Below, one piece after another: positions 1-8,578 of a DNA stretch of 64,000 nt. How positions within the stretch are numbered: the stretch's first letter is position 1; each line of letters opens with the position of its first letter. The stretch lies in NCBI GenBank assembly GCA_963719865.1, contig CAVRDS010000074.1:5100-69099 (forward strand), written 5' to 3'. The DNA comes from an uncultured Acidobacteriota bacterium (lineage in GTDB: Bacteria; Acidobacteriota; Terriglobia; Terriglobales; Acidobacteriaceae). Both the position numbers and the translations under genes were made by a program. The notes beneath the pieces were generated by a model, which was not told where the DNA came from, searched no databases, and saw only the letters and a program-made list of their open reading frames with translations.

Positions 1-425
1 CCGCAGCAAACCGTGATTTCCTTTTCCGGATCGACCGTGATCCCTTGCCACACGCCCATCTGCCGCGCAATCGCGTCGCGCAGTTTCTTCGCGCCCCAGG
101 TGATCGCGTACTGGTTCACATCGGCCGCGACCGCCTGCTGCGCAGCCTGTTTGATTTCCGCTGGGGCCGAAAAATCCGGAAAACCCTGCGCCAGGTTCAC
201 CGCGCCATGCAGCATCGCCTGCCGCGTCATCTCGCGGATGACCGACTCGGTGAATTGTCCGACCTTGTCGCTGAGGAAATGTTTCGCGGGTGCGGGAGCC
301 GGAACGCGCGGCTGATGAGAATCGACGCGTTGGCCTCGCGGCCCTTGCGATCGCTGGACCGCCGGTCGCTTAGAAGATGATCTGGAAGATGATTTCTTTG
401 TCTTGGTAGAGCCCCGGTCTGCCAT
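1..425 (-). CDS. PLP-dependent class I/II aminotransferase, N-terminal part (continues past the window start)
   Basis: Own translation of the minus strand from ATG at 425: MADRGSTKTKK...FTESVIREMTRQAMLHGAVNLAQGFPDFSAPAEIKQAAQQAV...; the NLAQGFPDF motif is typical of YbdL/kynurenine-type aminotransferases. Absent from the ORF track because it is open at the window edge. Confidence 0.6.
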   Translation of the reverse strand, partial: MADRGSTKTKKSSSRSSSKRPAVQRSQGPRGQRVDSHQPRVPAPAPAKHFLSDKVGQFTESVIREMTRQAMLHGAVNLAQGFPDFSAPAEIKQAAQQAVAADVNQYAITWGAKKLRDAIARQMGVWQGITVDPEKEITVCC

Positions 426-556
426 ATGACGCAGACTAGCACAGGGTGAAGCCCCTCAGCTTTTCTCCGCGTGCTTTGCGAGACCTCGGCGCACTCTGCG
501 GTCCAAGCTTTTTGCTGCCGACGCTGATGCGGCTGGCCGTGCGAGCCTGTCGGTCC

Positions 557-1255
557 TCATGCCTGAGCCGGCGCGTGCAGCCGCTCGGCAATTTTCTGCA
601 ACAGTTCCGCGGTGGCCTCGCCGGCTTCGGAAGTGGAAAAATGGCTTCCGATTTCCACGACTGGCAGCTTGGCGCAGGCTTCCCGAAAGCTTTTTCCCGT
701 CACTGGCGACGCGGTGATGCCCTCGCCTGCCACTGCCAGATCGAATCGGTTCACACGCATCAGCAGCAGCCCGTCGCGCAGATTGTTGCTGGTGTGCACC
801 TCGTATCCCGCGCGGTGCAGAAGTTCGCGAATGAAGGTGACCACGTCGGTATTGGTGTCGACGCACAACACGCTTTTGCCCGCCGAAGCCGGCCTCTCCG
901 CGACAACTGGCGCGCGGTAGAAGGCCGCGACCGCGTTATCTTCGCAATCGTGAGTCTCAAACAGTTTGGTCAAATGCGAAAGCTGCAGGACTTTGAGAAC
1001 ATGCTCGGGAACATCGCACAGTTTTAGATCGCCGTGAACCTGGCGCGTGCTGGTCAGGGTTCGCACCATCGTGCCCAAGCCGCTGCTGTCGATGAAGACC
1101 ACGTCTCCCAGATGCAATACGATGGCGCGCCGGTCGCGGAGAATCCAGGCCACATGCGCGCGCAACGCCTCGACTTCAGCGCCGGCGACCAACCGGCCTT
1201 TGCAGCGGACAATTGTCACCCGCCCCACATCCCGCGTCTCGAGCGCTAGTTTCAC
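557..1255 (-). CDS. STAS-domain (anti-sigma-factor antagonist) protein fused to a receiver-like domain
   Basis: Track ORF of 232 aa. The N-terminus has SpoIIAA/RsbV-like VFIDSSGLGTMV; the C-terminus has a CheY-like beta-alpha pattern (VLCVDTNTDVVTFIRELL...FDLAVAG). Confidence 0.7.
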   Translation of the reverse strand: MKLALETRDVGRVTIVRCKGRLVAGAEVEALRAHVAWILRDRRAIVLHLGDVVFIDSSGLGTMVRTLTSTRQVHGDLKLCDVPEHVLKVLQLSHLTKLFETHDCEDNAVAAFYRAPVVAERPASAGKSVLCVDTNTDVVTFIRELLHRAGYEVHTSNNLRDGLLLMRVNRFDLAVAGEGITASPVTGKSFREACAKLPVVEIGSHFSTSEAGEATAELLQKIAERLHAPAQA

Positions 1256-1365
1256 ACGGCCTCCGGTAGCAACCTCTACGAGGTTTTCTTCGGCGATGGC
1301 TGGCGAGACTACAAGGGGTTTTTGCGCATGTCAAGCGAATCCCGAGAGGCGAACCGGGGGCCGCT

Positions 1366-1596
1366 CTATCGGCGGGCCGCGCGCCGTTCTCTACCGAGCT
1401 CTTCGTTCTGGTCCTTGGTCTGCAAAAGCTTCCTGGCGGCCAAGCTACGCAGCCGTTCCGTCTTTTCGTGAATGGCGCCCAGCAGTTCCTGGAGGGTTGC
1501 TTCCACCTCCGGGCTGAGCGGTCCGCTGCCGGCGCAAGTCTTGGCGATTTCGGCGCAGAGTTGCCGTATCCGGTCGTCGAGGCGGCGCGTTGGCAT
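1366..1596 (-). CDS. small hypothetical protein
   Basis: Track ORF 1366..1656; internal ATG at 1596 (MPTRRLDDRIRQL...) is the more plausible start. No recognisable domain. Confidence 0.35.
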   Translation of the reverse strand: MPTRRLDDRIRQLCAEIAKTCAGSGPLSPEVEATLQELLGAIHEKTERLRSLAARKLLQTKDQNEELGRERRAARR

Positions 1597-1740
1597 AGTA
1601 CGGTTAGTAAGAAGCGCGCGGGTTGCTAGGGCGGTGGCAGTAGCAAAGTGCCACAACGGCTGCCTTTGTGGGATACCCTACACACTGTAGAAGTAAAGAA
1701 TTCAGCCCCGAGTGCGCGGTGACGGTATGGCTACTGGCGG

Positions 1741-2010
1741 CTAACCTCCAAATCTTTCCGCCGCCCGCGCCCTGGCTTTGGCCGCTTCCTCTTCGCGATT
1801 CTTCGCAGGCGCGGTGGTTTCGAGCGAATGCAAGAGGCGGGACGAGATGGCCGCTACTTCCTCGACTGCAGCCGTAAACGAGGCCTCGTTCGCTTTCGAC
1901 GGCTTGTTGAATCCGGTGATCTTCCGGACAAACTGCAGCGAGGCCGCCCGCACCTCTTCGTCGGTCACCGGCGGATCGAAGTTGAAAAGAGTTTTGATGT
2001 TCCTGCACAT
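1741..2010 (-). CDS. DUF2277 family protein
   Basis: From internal Met: MCRNIKTLFNFDPPVTDEEVRAASLQFVRKITGFNKPSKANE...AKARARAAERF, the characteristic DUF2277 N-terminus and length. The track ORF extends upstream to 2124. Confidence 0.7.
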   Translation of the reverse strand: MCRNIKTLFNFDPPVTDEEVRAASLQFVRKITGFNKPSKANEASFTAAVEEVAAISSRLLHSLETTAPAKNREEEAAKARARAAERFGG

Positions 2011-2401
2011 AACGGAATCGACCTCAGCGCGAATGAATCTCAGCTGCCGGCTAAAGCGGCTGGACTCCATTTTCGCGCAAGAAGGCAGCGCCGCAAAATC
2101 AGGCCGCGTGGTGCTTTCCTCCACATACCTTCATACCCTCGTGGTTATTCAAAATCTTTGACCACAAAGGGCACCAAGGTACACGAAGGAAAGCACGGGC
2201 ACCACGCGTCGCAGAGCTGTCGCGAAGCCGGCGCCACACAGCGGCCAACTCGGGCCCCAGACTTCTCCCCGGTTGGCTTGCAAGCCGTTCCCTGCGGCGG
2301 TATGATTCGCCTCTATCAAGCGCCGATACTTCGTCGTGCCCGTTTCTCTGGGGAGCTTCTAGTGATGTGGATCGACGCAGAACTTTCAGTGGGAGCTTGC
2401 A

Positions 2402-5044
2402 GTGACGTCTTCCGTGCGGCCGCTGGCCGTGGACGAACAGGTCGGTGGCTACAAGATCCTCGGAACCGCTGGCGTGGGCGGGATGGGTGTCGTCTACAAA
2501 GCTCTCGACCTCAAACTCAATCGCACGGTAGCCCTTAAATTCCTGCCCGCTGATCTCACGCTCAACGCTAAAGATAAAGAGAGATTCCTGCAGGAGGCGC
2601 GGACCGCCTCCGCCCTCGATCACACCAACATCGGCGTAATCCACGGGCTCGAAGAAACTCCCGACGGCCACACCTTTATCGTGATGGCGTATTACGAGGG
2701 CCTCACGCTGCAGGAGAGAATTCGCCGCGGCCCTATGGCTCCGAAAGACGCCCTTGAGATCATGTCGCAGGTGGCGCACGGGCTCATGGAAGCCCACGAG
2801 CACAGCATCATTCACCGGGACATCAAGCCGTCTAACATCATGATCACGCGTCAGAACGCGGTCAAGATCGTCGACTTCGGCCTGGCCCGCGTGTCCAGCA
2901 ATGCGGCCACAACCCTTACTGCCGGCCCGGTCGGAACCCTGGCTTACATGTCGCCCGAGCAGGTACGCAACGAGCCGCTCGATCGCCGCACCGACATCTG
3001 GTCGATGGGCGTGGTGATGGAGGAGATGCTGACCGGCAAGCATCCCTTCGAGCGCGGCAACATGTCGGCGGTGCTGCTGGCTATCCTCGAGCAGCCGCCG
3101 CCGGTCGAGGGAATGGATCCGCTTCTCGCGTCGATCGTGTGTCGCGCCCTCGCCAAAGATCGCACCCACCGTTACGCCGACTGCCGCGAATTTCTGGCCG
3201 ATATCGAGGCCTGCAAGCCCACATTCGCGTCCGCGCCCAGCGCTTCCGCCAACCGCAATTTGAAGACGTCTTCTCGCGATCTGAAGCGCGCCTTGGAGCA
3301 CGCTTCTTCCAGCCGGGCGCTGGCCACGCCGGTCGATCGCGCGCGCCGCTGGACTGTAGAACTCAGCGCGGCCGTACTGCTGGTGGCCGCGCTCTCGCTG
3401 CTCATTCCATCTCTACGGCAGCGCGTTGGCGATCTGCTCTCGAGCAAAACCGCCGGGACGGAAAAGCACATTGCTGTTCTCCCCTTCGATAACATCGGCA
3501 ACGACGCCTCGAATGAAGCCATCTCCGAGGGATTGATGGACAGCCTGACCAGCAAGCTTTCCAACCTGCAGGAAGGCGAACAAGCACTCTGGGTGGTGCC
3601 CGCCAGCGAGGTGCGGCGCAGAAAAGTGAATGATCCCGAGGCCGCGCTACGCGAGTTAGGGGCCACGCTCGTCGTCAAGGGCAGCGTAATGCGCGACAAC
3701 TCCGGCGTGCACCTCACTATTAATCTGATTCGCACCAAAGACGTCCGCCAGGAAGGCTCGCTTTCGCTGCAGGATCCCGCCGGAGATTTCGCCGCACTGC
3801 AGGACCAGGCTGTCTCGGGCTTGGCGCGCCTGATGCATGTCGAAGTGCCCGCAACCGCCCTGCGCGCGTCCGAAGGGCCAGCCGCGCCCGCGGCCTACGA
3901 ATCGTATTTGAAGGCGCTCGGGTACATGCAGCGTTATGACAAGCCCGGCAATCTCGACCAGGCCATCGATGCGCTCACCGGCGCGGTTCGCACCGATTCG
4001 CAGTTTGCCCTGGGGTATGCGGCGCTGGGAGAGGCTTATCGCCGGAAATATCAGCTCGACAAGAATACGAAGTGGACCGAATTGGCGCTGGCCAATGGAG
4101 ACAAAGCGACTACATTGAACAACAATCTGCCCACGGCCTACGTGACGCTGGGACGGGTTCACAGTTCGCTCGGCCAAAATGAGCTGGCCCTGTCAGAGTT
4201 CCAGCGCGCGCTGCGGCTCGACTCGCGCAATGCCGAGGCTCTGCAGGGCGAGGCTCGTTCGTATGATCTGGCCGGACGAACCGCAGATGCGGAGGCCGCC
4301 TACAAACAGGCTATCGCCTTGCGCCCGGATTACTGGGACGGCTACGACAGCCTCGGCCTGTTCTACGACGATCACGGAAAATATGACGATGCGATCGCGC
4401 AGTTGCAGCACGCCATCGAGCTCACCCCTGATAATGCACAGGCATATTCCAATCTGGGCGCGGCGTATCTGGATTCCGGGGATCCTAAGAAAGTTCCCCA
4501 GGCCGAGGCGGCGCTCAAGAAGTCGATCGAACTCAGTCCGAGTTATGCGGCGTACGCGAACCTGGGCTTTTTGTATCACGGCAAGCACGATTATGCTGAA
4601 GCGGCCGCGGCATGCGAGAAGGCTCTCGCGTTGAACGATAAGAACTTTATGGTATGGGCGAACCTGGCAGCGGCCTATGAAAACCTGGGGGAGTGGAACA
4701 AGGTGATGGCAGCGCGCAAGCGGGAGCAGCCGCTGCTGGAACAGGCTGTGCGGCTGTCTCCGCGCGAAGCTGGACCGCAGGCGCGACTTGGACTTCTGTA
4801 TGCGCAACAGAAGTTGCGGGACCAGGCTCTGAGCCAGATCCAGACCGCTCTGGCGCTCTCTCCCGAGGACTCGGATGTTTTGGAGAATGTGGGAGAAACC
4901 TACGAAGTACTCGGAGATCGCAGCCAGGCGCTTCTGTACATCGAAAAGAGCTTGCAGAAGGGATACTCACTCGACATGCTCAAGGGCGATCCCTACCTGA
5001 AGAATTTGTTGTCCGATCCGAATTTCCGGCCCAGTTCCAAATAG
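2402..5044 (+). CDS. Hanks-type Ser/Thr protein kinase with transmembrane segment and C-terminal TPR repeats
   Basis: GTAGVGGMGVVYKA glycine loop, VALKFL, IIHRDIKPSNIM, VDFGLA and SPEQ are all intact. A hydrophobic segment (AVLLVAALSLLIPSL) is followed by multiple TPR-like repeats. Confidence 0.85.
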   Translation: MTSSVRPLAVDEQVGGYKILGTAGVGGMGVVYKALDLKLNRTVALKFLPADLTLNAKDKERFLQEARTASALDHTNIGVIHGLEETPDGHTFIVMAYYEGLTLQERIRRGPMAPKDALEIMSQVAHGLMEAHEHSIIHRDIKPSNIMITRQNAVKIVDFGLARVSSNAATTLTAGPVGTLAYMSPEQVRNEPLDRRTDIWSMGVVMEEMLTGKHPFERGNMSAVLLAILEQPPPVEGMDPLLASIVCRALAKDRTHRYADCREFLADIEACKPTFASAPSASANRNLKTSSRDLKRALEHASSSRALATPVDRARRWTVELSAAVLLVAALSLLIPSLRQRVGDLLSSKTAGTEKHIAVLPFDNIGNDASNEAISEGLMDSLTSKLSNLQEGEQALWVVPASEVRRRKVNDPEAALRELGATLVVKGSVMRDNSGVHLTINLIRTKDVRQEGSLSLQDPAGDFAALQDQAVSGLARLMHVEVPATALRASEGPAAPAAYESYLKALGYMQRYDKPGNLDQAIDALTGAVRTDSQFALGYAALGEAYRRKYQLDKNTKWTELALANGDKATTLNNNLPTAYVTLGRVHSSLGQNELALSEFQRALRLDSRNAEALQGEARSYDLAGRTADAEAAYKQAIALRPDYWDGYDSLGLFYDDHGKYDDAIAQLQHAIELTPDNAQAYSNLGAAYLDSGDPKKVPQAEAALKKSIELSPSYAAYANLGFLYHGKHDYAEAAAACEKALALNDKNFMVWANLAAAYENLGEWNKVMAARKREQPLLEQAVRLSPREAGPQARLGLLYAQQKLRDQALSQIQTALALSPEDSDVLENVGETYEVLGDRSQALLYIEKSLQKGYSLDMLKGDPYLKNLLSDPNFRPSSK

Positions 5045-5068
5045 TTCGAATTCACAAGGAGAAACCAC

Positions 5069-5383
5069 ATGGCAGCTAATCCGAAAACATTTCCGACACA
5101 ACAGATCCAGATCTCGATCACGGGGACCACTCCGGATCCGGAGCATGTAGAAATCGAGAAAGGTGGAAGCATCCAATTTACCTCCAACGATGAATTAACG
5201 ATCGAATGGCAAGACGAGCATGGGAACAAGAAGACTTTCTGGTCGCCGCAACCGTGCACGATTACCGAAGGCGTGAACGGTGTGCAGGATGCACTTCCGT
5301 CCGCCGCCGACCATACCCTGACATACACCCTTGATGACGGGAAAATGACCCAGGGCGGGGGCACGATCAAGGTCGGAAGTTAG
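5069..5383 (+). CDS. small hypothetical protein (beta-rich, no signal peptide)
   Basis: ATG preceded by AAGGAGA; lies 24 nt after the kinase stop and is followed by a terminator-like hairpin. Confidence 0.5.
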   Translation: MAANPKTFPTQQIQISITGTTPDPEHVEIEKGGSIQFTSNDELTIEWQDEHGNKKTFWSPQPCTITEGVNGVQDALPSAADHTLTYTLDDGKMTQGGGTIKVGS

Positions 5384-5395
5384 ATTTGCATCGAT

Positions 5396-5440
5396 GGGAA
5401 CCTGCTGGCATGGAATTCCACCCGCCAGCGGGTTCCTTTG
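5396..5440 (+). terminator. Rho-independent terminator-like hairpin
   Basis: GGGAACCTGCTGGC (5396-5409) pairs with GCCAGCGGGTTCC (5424-5436), then TTTG. Confidence 0.55.
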
Positions 5441-5551
5441 TCCGATCGGCCTCTGTTGCAGCGTCGCTCGCCTTGCTTCGGGCTGGCAAGCTGCGTTCCT
5501 CTTCATGTTATAATTCTTTATTCTCAGTCGCTTAGAGCACTGGAGGACTGT

Positions 5552-6169
5552 ATCGATAAACGTTTTATCCGCATCAACGATCGCATTCGGGCCCGCGAAA
5601 TCCGCGTGATTGATGACGAAGGCGCACAGCTTGGCATCATGCCGCCTTACGAAGCGATTAAGAAAGCCCGCGAGAAGAATCTAGACCTGGTTGAGATTTC
5701 GCCCACGGCGCAGCCTCCCGTCTGCCGCATCATGGACTACGGGAAGTATCTCTACCAGCAGGAAAAGAAGGAGCGCGAAGCCAAGAAGCACCAGAAGACG
5801 ATCACGGTAAAAGAGGTCAAGTTCCGCATCAATGTGGACGACCACGATTACGAGACGAAAAGAAATCACGTTCTGCGCTTCCTGGATGAGGGCGACAAAG
5901 TCAAGGCGACGATCTTTTTCCGCGGACGCGAGATGACCCGCACCGGACTGGGACGCCAGATTCTGGAGCGTCTGATTAAAGACGTGGAGCCGCACAGCAT
6001 CGTGGAGTTTCGCCCGCGGCAAGAGGGCAACACGCTGCACGCGATCCTGGCGCCGAAGAAGACGGAAAAGGAACGCGAAAAAGAAAAGCAGAAAGCTGAG
6101 AAGGCTGCGGCGCAAAGTGCTCCCAGTCCCAGCCAGCCGCCGGCGCAGGTCGCCAAGCCCGCGTCGTGA
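5552..6169 (+). CDS. infC: translation initiation factor IF-3, probable non-AUG (ATC) start
   Basis: IDKRFIRINDRIRAREIRVIDDEGAQLGIM...VCRIMDYGKYLYQQ... is canonical IF-3. The 38 aa added by the upstream TTG (5438) are not IF-3-like. GGAGGA at 5542-5547 precedes the in-frame ATC at 5552. Confidence 0.8.
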   Translation: MDKRFIRINDRIRAREIRVIDDEGAQLGIMPPYEAIKKAREKNLDLVEISPTAQPPVCRIMDYGKYLYQQEKKEREAKKHQKTITVKEVKFRINVDDHDYETKRNHVLRFLDEGDKVKATIFFRGREMTRTGLGRQILERLIKDVEPHSIVEFRPRQEGNTLHAILAPKKTEKEREKEKQKAEKAAAQSAPSPSQPPAQVAKPAS

Positions 6170-6304
6170 GCGCGGTTCGCGACGGATTCAAATTCATCGC
6201 CATTGGCACGTAGCACTTGGCATTTTGCCAGTCGGGGAATGCCGGTGCTGGAGTTTTGTTTTCACTAAGTGCTAATCGCCAATTGCTTATAGCTGAGGGT
6301 TTCT

Positions 6305-6502
6305 ATGCCGAAATTGAAAACGCACAAGGGCGCTGCCAAGCGCTTCAAGAAAACCGGGACAGGAAAAGTGAAGCGGGGGCACGCGAAACTGCGCCACATC
6401 CTGACCTCCAAAGAAACGAAACGGAAACGCAAGCTGCGTCATGGAGGCCTGGTCAGCGATGGCGATCTGGCCAAAGTGAAGCGCATGATTCCGTATCAGT
6501 GA
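6305..6502 (+). CDS. rpmI: 50S ribosomal protein L35
   Basis: [27 protein letters not shown]...; 65 aa. Confidence 0.95.
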   Translation: MPKLKTHKGAAKRFKKTGTGKVKRGHAKLRHILTSKETKRKRKLRHGGLVSDGDLAKVKRMIPYQ

Positions 6503-6507
6503 GAAGC

Positions 6508-6591
6508 ATTGTTGAATTTTGATTGTTGATTGTTGAGTGAAAACCGAGATTTAGGTTTTTATTCAACAATCAACAATCATCAATCAACAAT
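6508..6591. repeat. long AT-rich imperfect hairpin with heptamer periodicity between rpmI and rplT
   Basis: Left arm ATTGTTGAATTTTGATTGTTGATTGTTGAGTGAAAAACC, loop GAGATTTA, right arm GGTTTTTATTCAACAATCAACAATCATCAATCAACAAT; about 35-40 bp of pairing with a few mismatches. Confidence 0.7.
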
Positions 6592-6671
6592 TTGCATCGG
6601 GCGCGTGAAGAGGTCAGAGATTCTTCCTTACCTCCAGCCGCCATTAAAGAGAAAGTAAAAAGGAGAACACC

Positions 6672-7037
6672 ATGCCTCGTGTAAAGCGCGGAACCAAACG
6701 CCGCCAGAAACGCAAAAAGATACTTGAGCGCGCCAGCGGATATTTCCTCACCAAATCGAAGCTCTACCGTTCGGCGAAAGAGTCGGTCGAGCGCGGCCTG
6801 AAGTTTGCATACTCGGGACGCAAGCAGCGCAAGCGCCAGTACCGCTCGCTGTGGATCGTCCGCATCGGCGCCGCCGCCAAGCTGAACGGCATGAGCTACA
6901 ACCAGTTCATCCACGGCCTGAAGCTGGCGCAGATCGAACTCGATCGCAAGATCCTGGCAGACCTGGCGGTGAACGATGCTTCGGGATTTGCCAGCCTAGC
7001 GACTCAGGCCAAGGGCGCAATCGGCGGGGCGGCGTAG
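6672..7037 (+). CDS. rplT: 50S ribosomal protein L20
   Basis: [25 protein letters not shown]...; AAAGGAG upstream. Confidence 0.95.
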   Translation: MPRVKRGTKRRQKRKKILERASGYFLTKSKLYRSAKESVERGLKFAYSGRKQRKRQYRSLWIVRIGAAAKLNGMSYNQFIHGLKLAQIELDRKILADLAVNDASGFASLATQAKGAIGGAA

Positions 7038-7064
7038 TATCGCCGCAGCTTCTTCCTTCAGATT

Positions 7065-7125
7065 GTCATCCTGAGCGGAGCAAACCGATTCGCGAAGCGA
7101 GTCGGTTTGCGCAGTCGAAGGATCC
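7065..7125 (+). repeat. REP-like repeat family 1 (GTCATCCTGAGCG ... variable hairpin ... GAAGGATC)
   Basis: GTCATCCTGAGCGGAGC-[AAACCGATTCGC gaa GCGAGTCGGTTT]-GCGCAGTCGAAGGATCC. Confidence 0.8.
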
Positions 7126-7184
7126 TTATTACCTAAACGCCGTGGCTGCTCGCGCAGGGAATTTTGTCTGCGGCTCGCGATGAA

Positions 7185-8411
7185 ATGGCCTACACCGTTC
7201 CCAAACTGACGGATTACTCGAAACCCTCGCTAGAGAGAGCTGCGGGCGAACTATTGGCTGCGCTCGAGAGGGAGGCCGCGAACCTGCTAACCCCTGACAT
7301 TGACAATCAACCCTGCAAGGTCGATTGGGGACCATGGAAAGCCCTTCGCGACAAGTGGCTCGCCCGGAAAAACGGAATTATCACGCAGGTTCGGGAAGTG
7401 TGGCTGAAGTCGGCACCGAAGGAAAGCAAGGGGGATGCCGGTCGGCAGTTCAATGAATTGAAAGCCCGCGTCGAGGAGGAGGTTGAGCGGGTTCGCTCGA
7501 TCCTGCGGAGCTGGGAGACCAGGGGTCTCACTACGGCTGTCGAAGTGGAGCACCCAGGGATCGAAGTTCCTGCTGCCGACTTAGAACGCTACAGGGTCGA
7601 GAAGGTCGAGAGCGTCGACATCTCCCTCCCCGGCATTCGCCGCCCCATCGGCGCTGAGCATCCCGTCATCAAGACGAGAAATGAAATTGTCGGGGTCTTC
7701 GAAAGACTCGGCTACTCCGTCGCCGAAGGGCCCGTCGTCGAGACCGATTACTACAATTTCGAAGCGCTGAATTTTCCGCCGAACCATCCGGCGCGCGATA
7801 CGCAGGACACACTGTTCATCGCCGGGCAGCAATCGAAGCCGCAGCGCGAGCGGCTGCTGCTGCGCACGCATACTTCTCCTGTGCAGATTCGCACCATGGA
7901 GAAAATGCGGCCGCCGATTCGCATCGTGATTCCCGGGACCGTTCACCGCAACGATCCGCCCGACGCCAGCCACTCGCCCATGTTCCACCAGATCGAGGGA
8001 CTCGCGGTCGATACCAACATCACCTTCGGAGACCTGAAGGGCACGCTCGATCACGCCATGAAGGCGCTGTTCGGGTCGAACGTGAAGACGCACTTCCGTC
8101 CATCGTTCTTCCCGTTCACCGAGCCGAGCGCGGAACTGTACGTAACCTGCTTCATCTGCGGCGGCAGCGGCAAACGCGGATCGGACCCGTGCCGTCCCTG
8201 CAAGCAGACGGGATGGATTGAAGTTCTCGGCTGCGGCATGGTCGATCCCAACGTCTTCGAATTTGTGAAAGACAACGGCTACGACCCGAAGAAGGTTTCG
8301 GGATTCGCCTTCGGCATGGGCGTGGATCGCCTCGCCCTGTTGAAGTACGGCGTGGATGACATTCAGTTGTTCTTTCAGGGGGACGTGAGATTTTCGGAAC
8401 AGTTCGGATAA
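7185..8411 (+). CDS. pheS: phenylalanine--tRNA ligase alpha subunit
   Basis: Class II aaRS motifs (FRPSFFPFTEPSAE, GFAFGMGVDRLALLKYGVDDIQLFF). ATG at 7185 preferred over the TTG at 7164. Confidence 0.9.
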   Translation: MAYTVPKLTDYSKPSLERAAGELLAALEREAANLLTPDIDNQPCKVDWGPWKALRDKWLARKNGIITQVREVWLKSAPKESKGDAGRQFNELKARVEEEVERVRSILRSWETRGLTTAVEVEHPGIEVPAADLERYRVEKVESVDISLPGIRRPIGAEHPVIKTRNEIVGVFERLGYSVAEGPVVETDYYNFEALNFPPNHPARDTQDTLFIAGQQSKPQRERLLLRTHTSPVQIRTMEKMRPPIRIVIPGTVHRNDPPDASHSPMFHQIEGLAVDTNITFGDLKGTLDHAMKALFGSNVKTHFRPSFFPFTEPSAELYVTCFICGGSGKRGSDPCRPCKQTGWIEVLGCGMVDPNVFEFVKDNGYDPKKVSGFAFGMGVDRLALLKYGVDDIQLFFQGDVRFSEQFG

Positions 8412-8414
8412 TGC

Positions 8415-8450
8415 GGTCGTTGGTCGTCAGTCGTTAGTCGTAGCACGACC
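8415..8450. repeat. heptamer-periodic tract (GTCGTNN x4) closed by a short stem
   Basis: GGTCGTT GGTCGTCA GTCGTTA GTCGTAG CACGACC; GGTCGT pairs with ACGACC. Confidence 0.6.
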
Positions 8451-8472
8451 GCAAGCAGCTCTCAAATTCTGG

Positions 8473-8514
8473 CGTCATCCTGAGCGGAGCGCTTTTCAGG
8501 CGAAGCGAAGGATG
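8473..8514 (+). repeat. REP-like repeat family 1, short copy
   Basis: GTCATCCTGAGCGGAGCGCTTTTCAGGCGAAGCGAAGGATG. Confidence 0.75.
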
Positions 8515-8578
8515 TCGCTGCAAGCCGTGCTCAGCCGCCAATTGTTAGGTTGGTGGCTGAAAGCTGACAGCTTATCGT

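Noticed and set aside
2099-3301. Long antisense ORFs (2099-3301, 9086-9835, 17159-18925, 20322-21539, 22157-23149, 24533-25648, 29555-31189, 41668-42696, 51380-52780, 61159-62241)
   Set aside because: Each lies opposite a gene with clear family motifs. Their products are Arg/Gly/His-rich low-complexity sequence, typical of stop-codon-poor frames in GC-rich DNA.
8130-8215. Cys4 insertion in PheS (CFICGGSGKRGSDPCRPCKQTG, DnaJ-like CxxCxGxG knuckles)
   Set aside because: From memory, comparable Cys4 inserts occur at this position in PheS of other bacterial lineages (e.g. Firmicutes). It is probably a known variant rather than a novelty.
8415-8450. Short periodic tracts (8415-8450, 6508-6591, about 26561-26600) considered as a CRISPR array
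   Set aside because: The units are 7 nt with no spacers, which is a microsatellite or hairpin structure, and there are no cas genes in the window.
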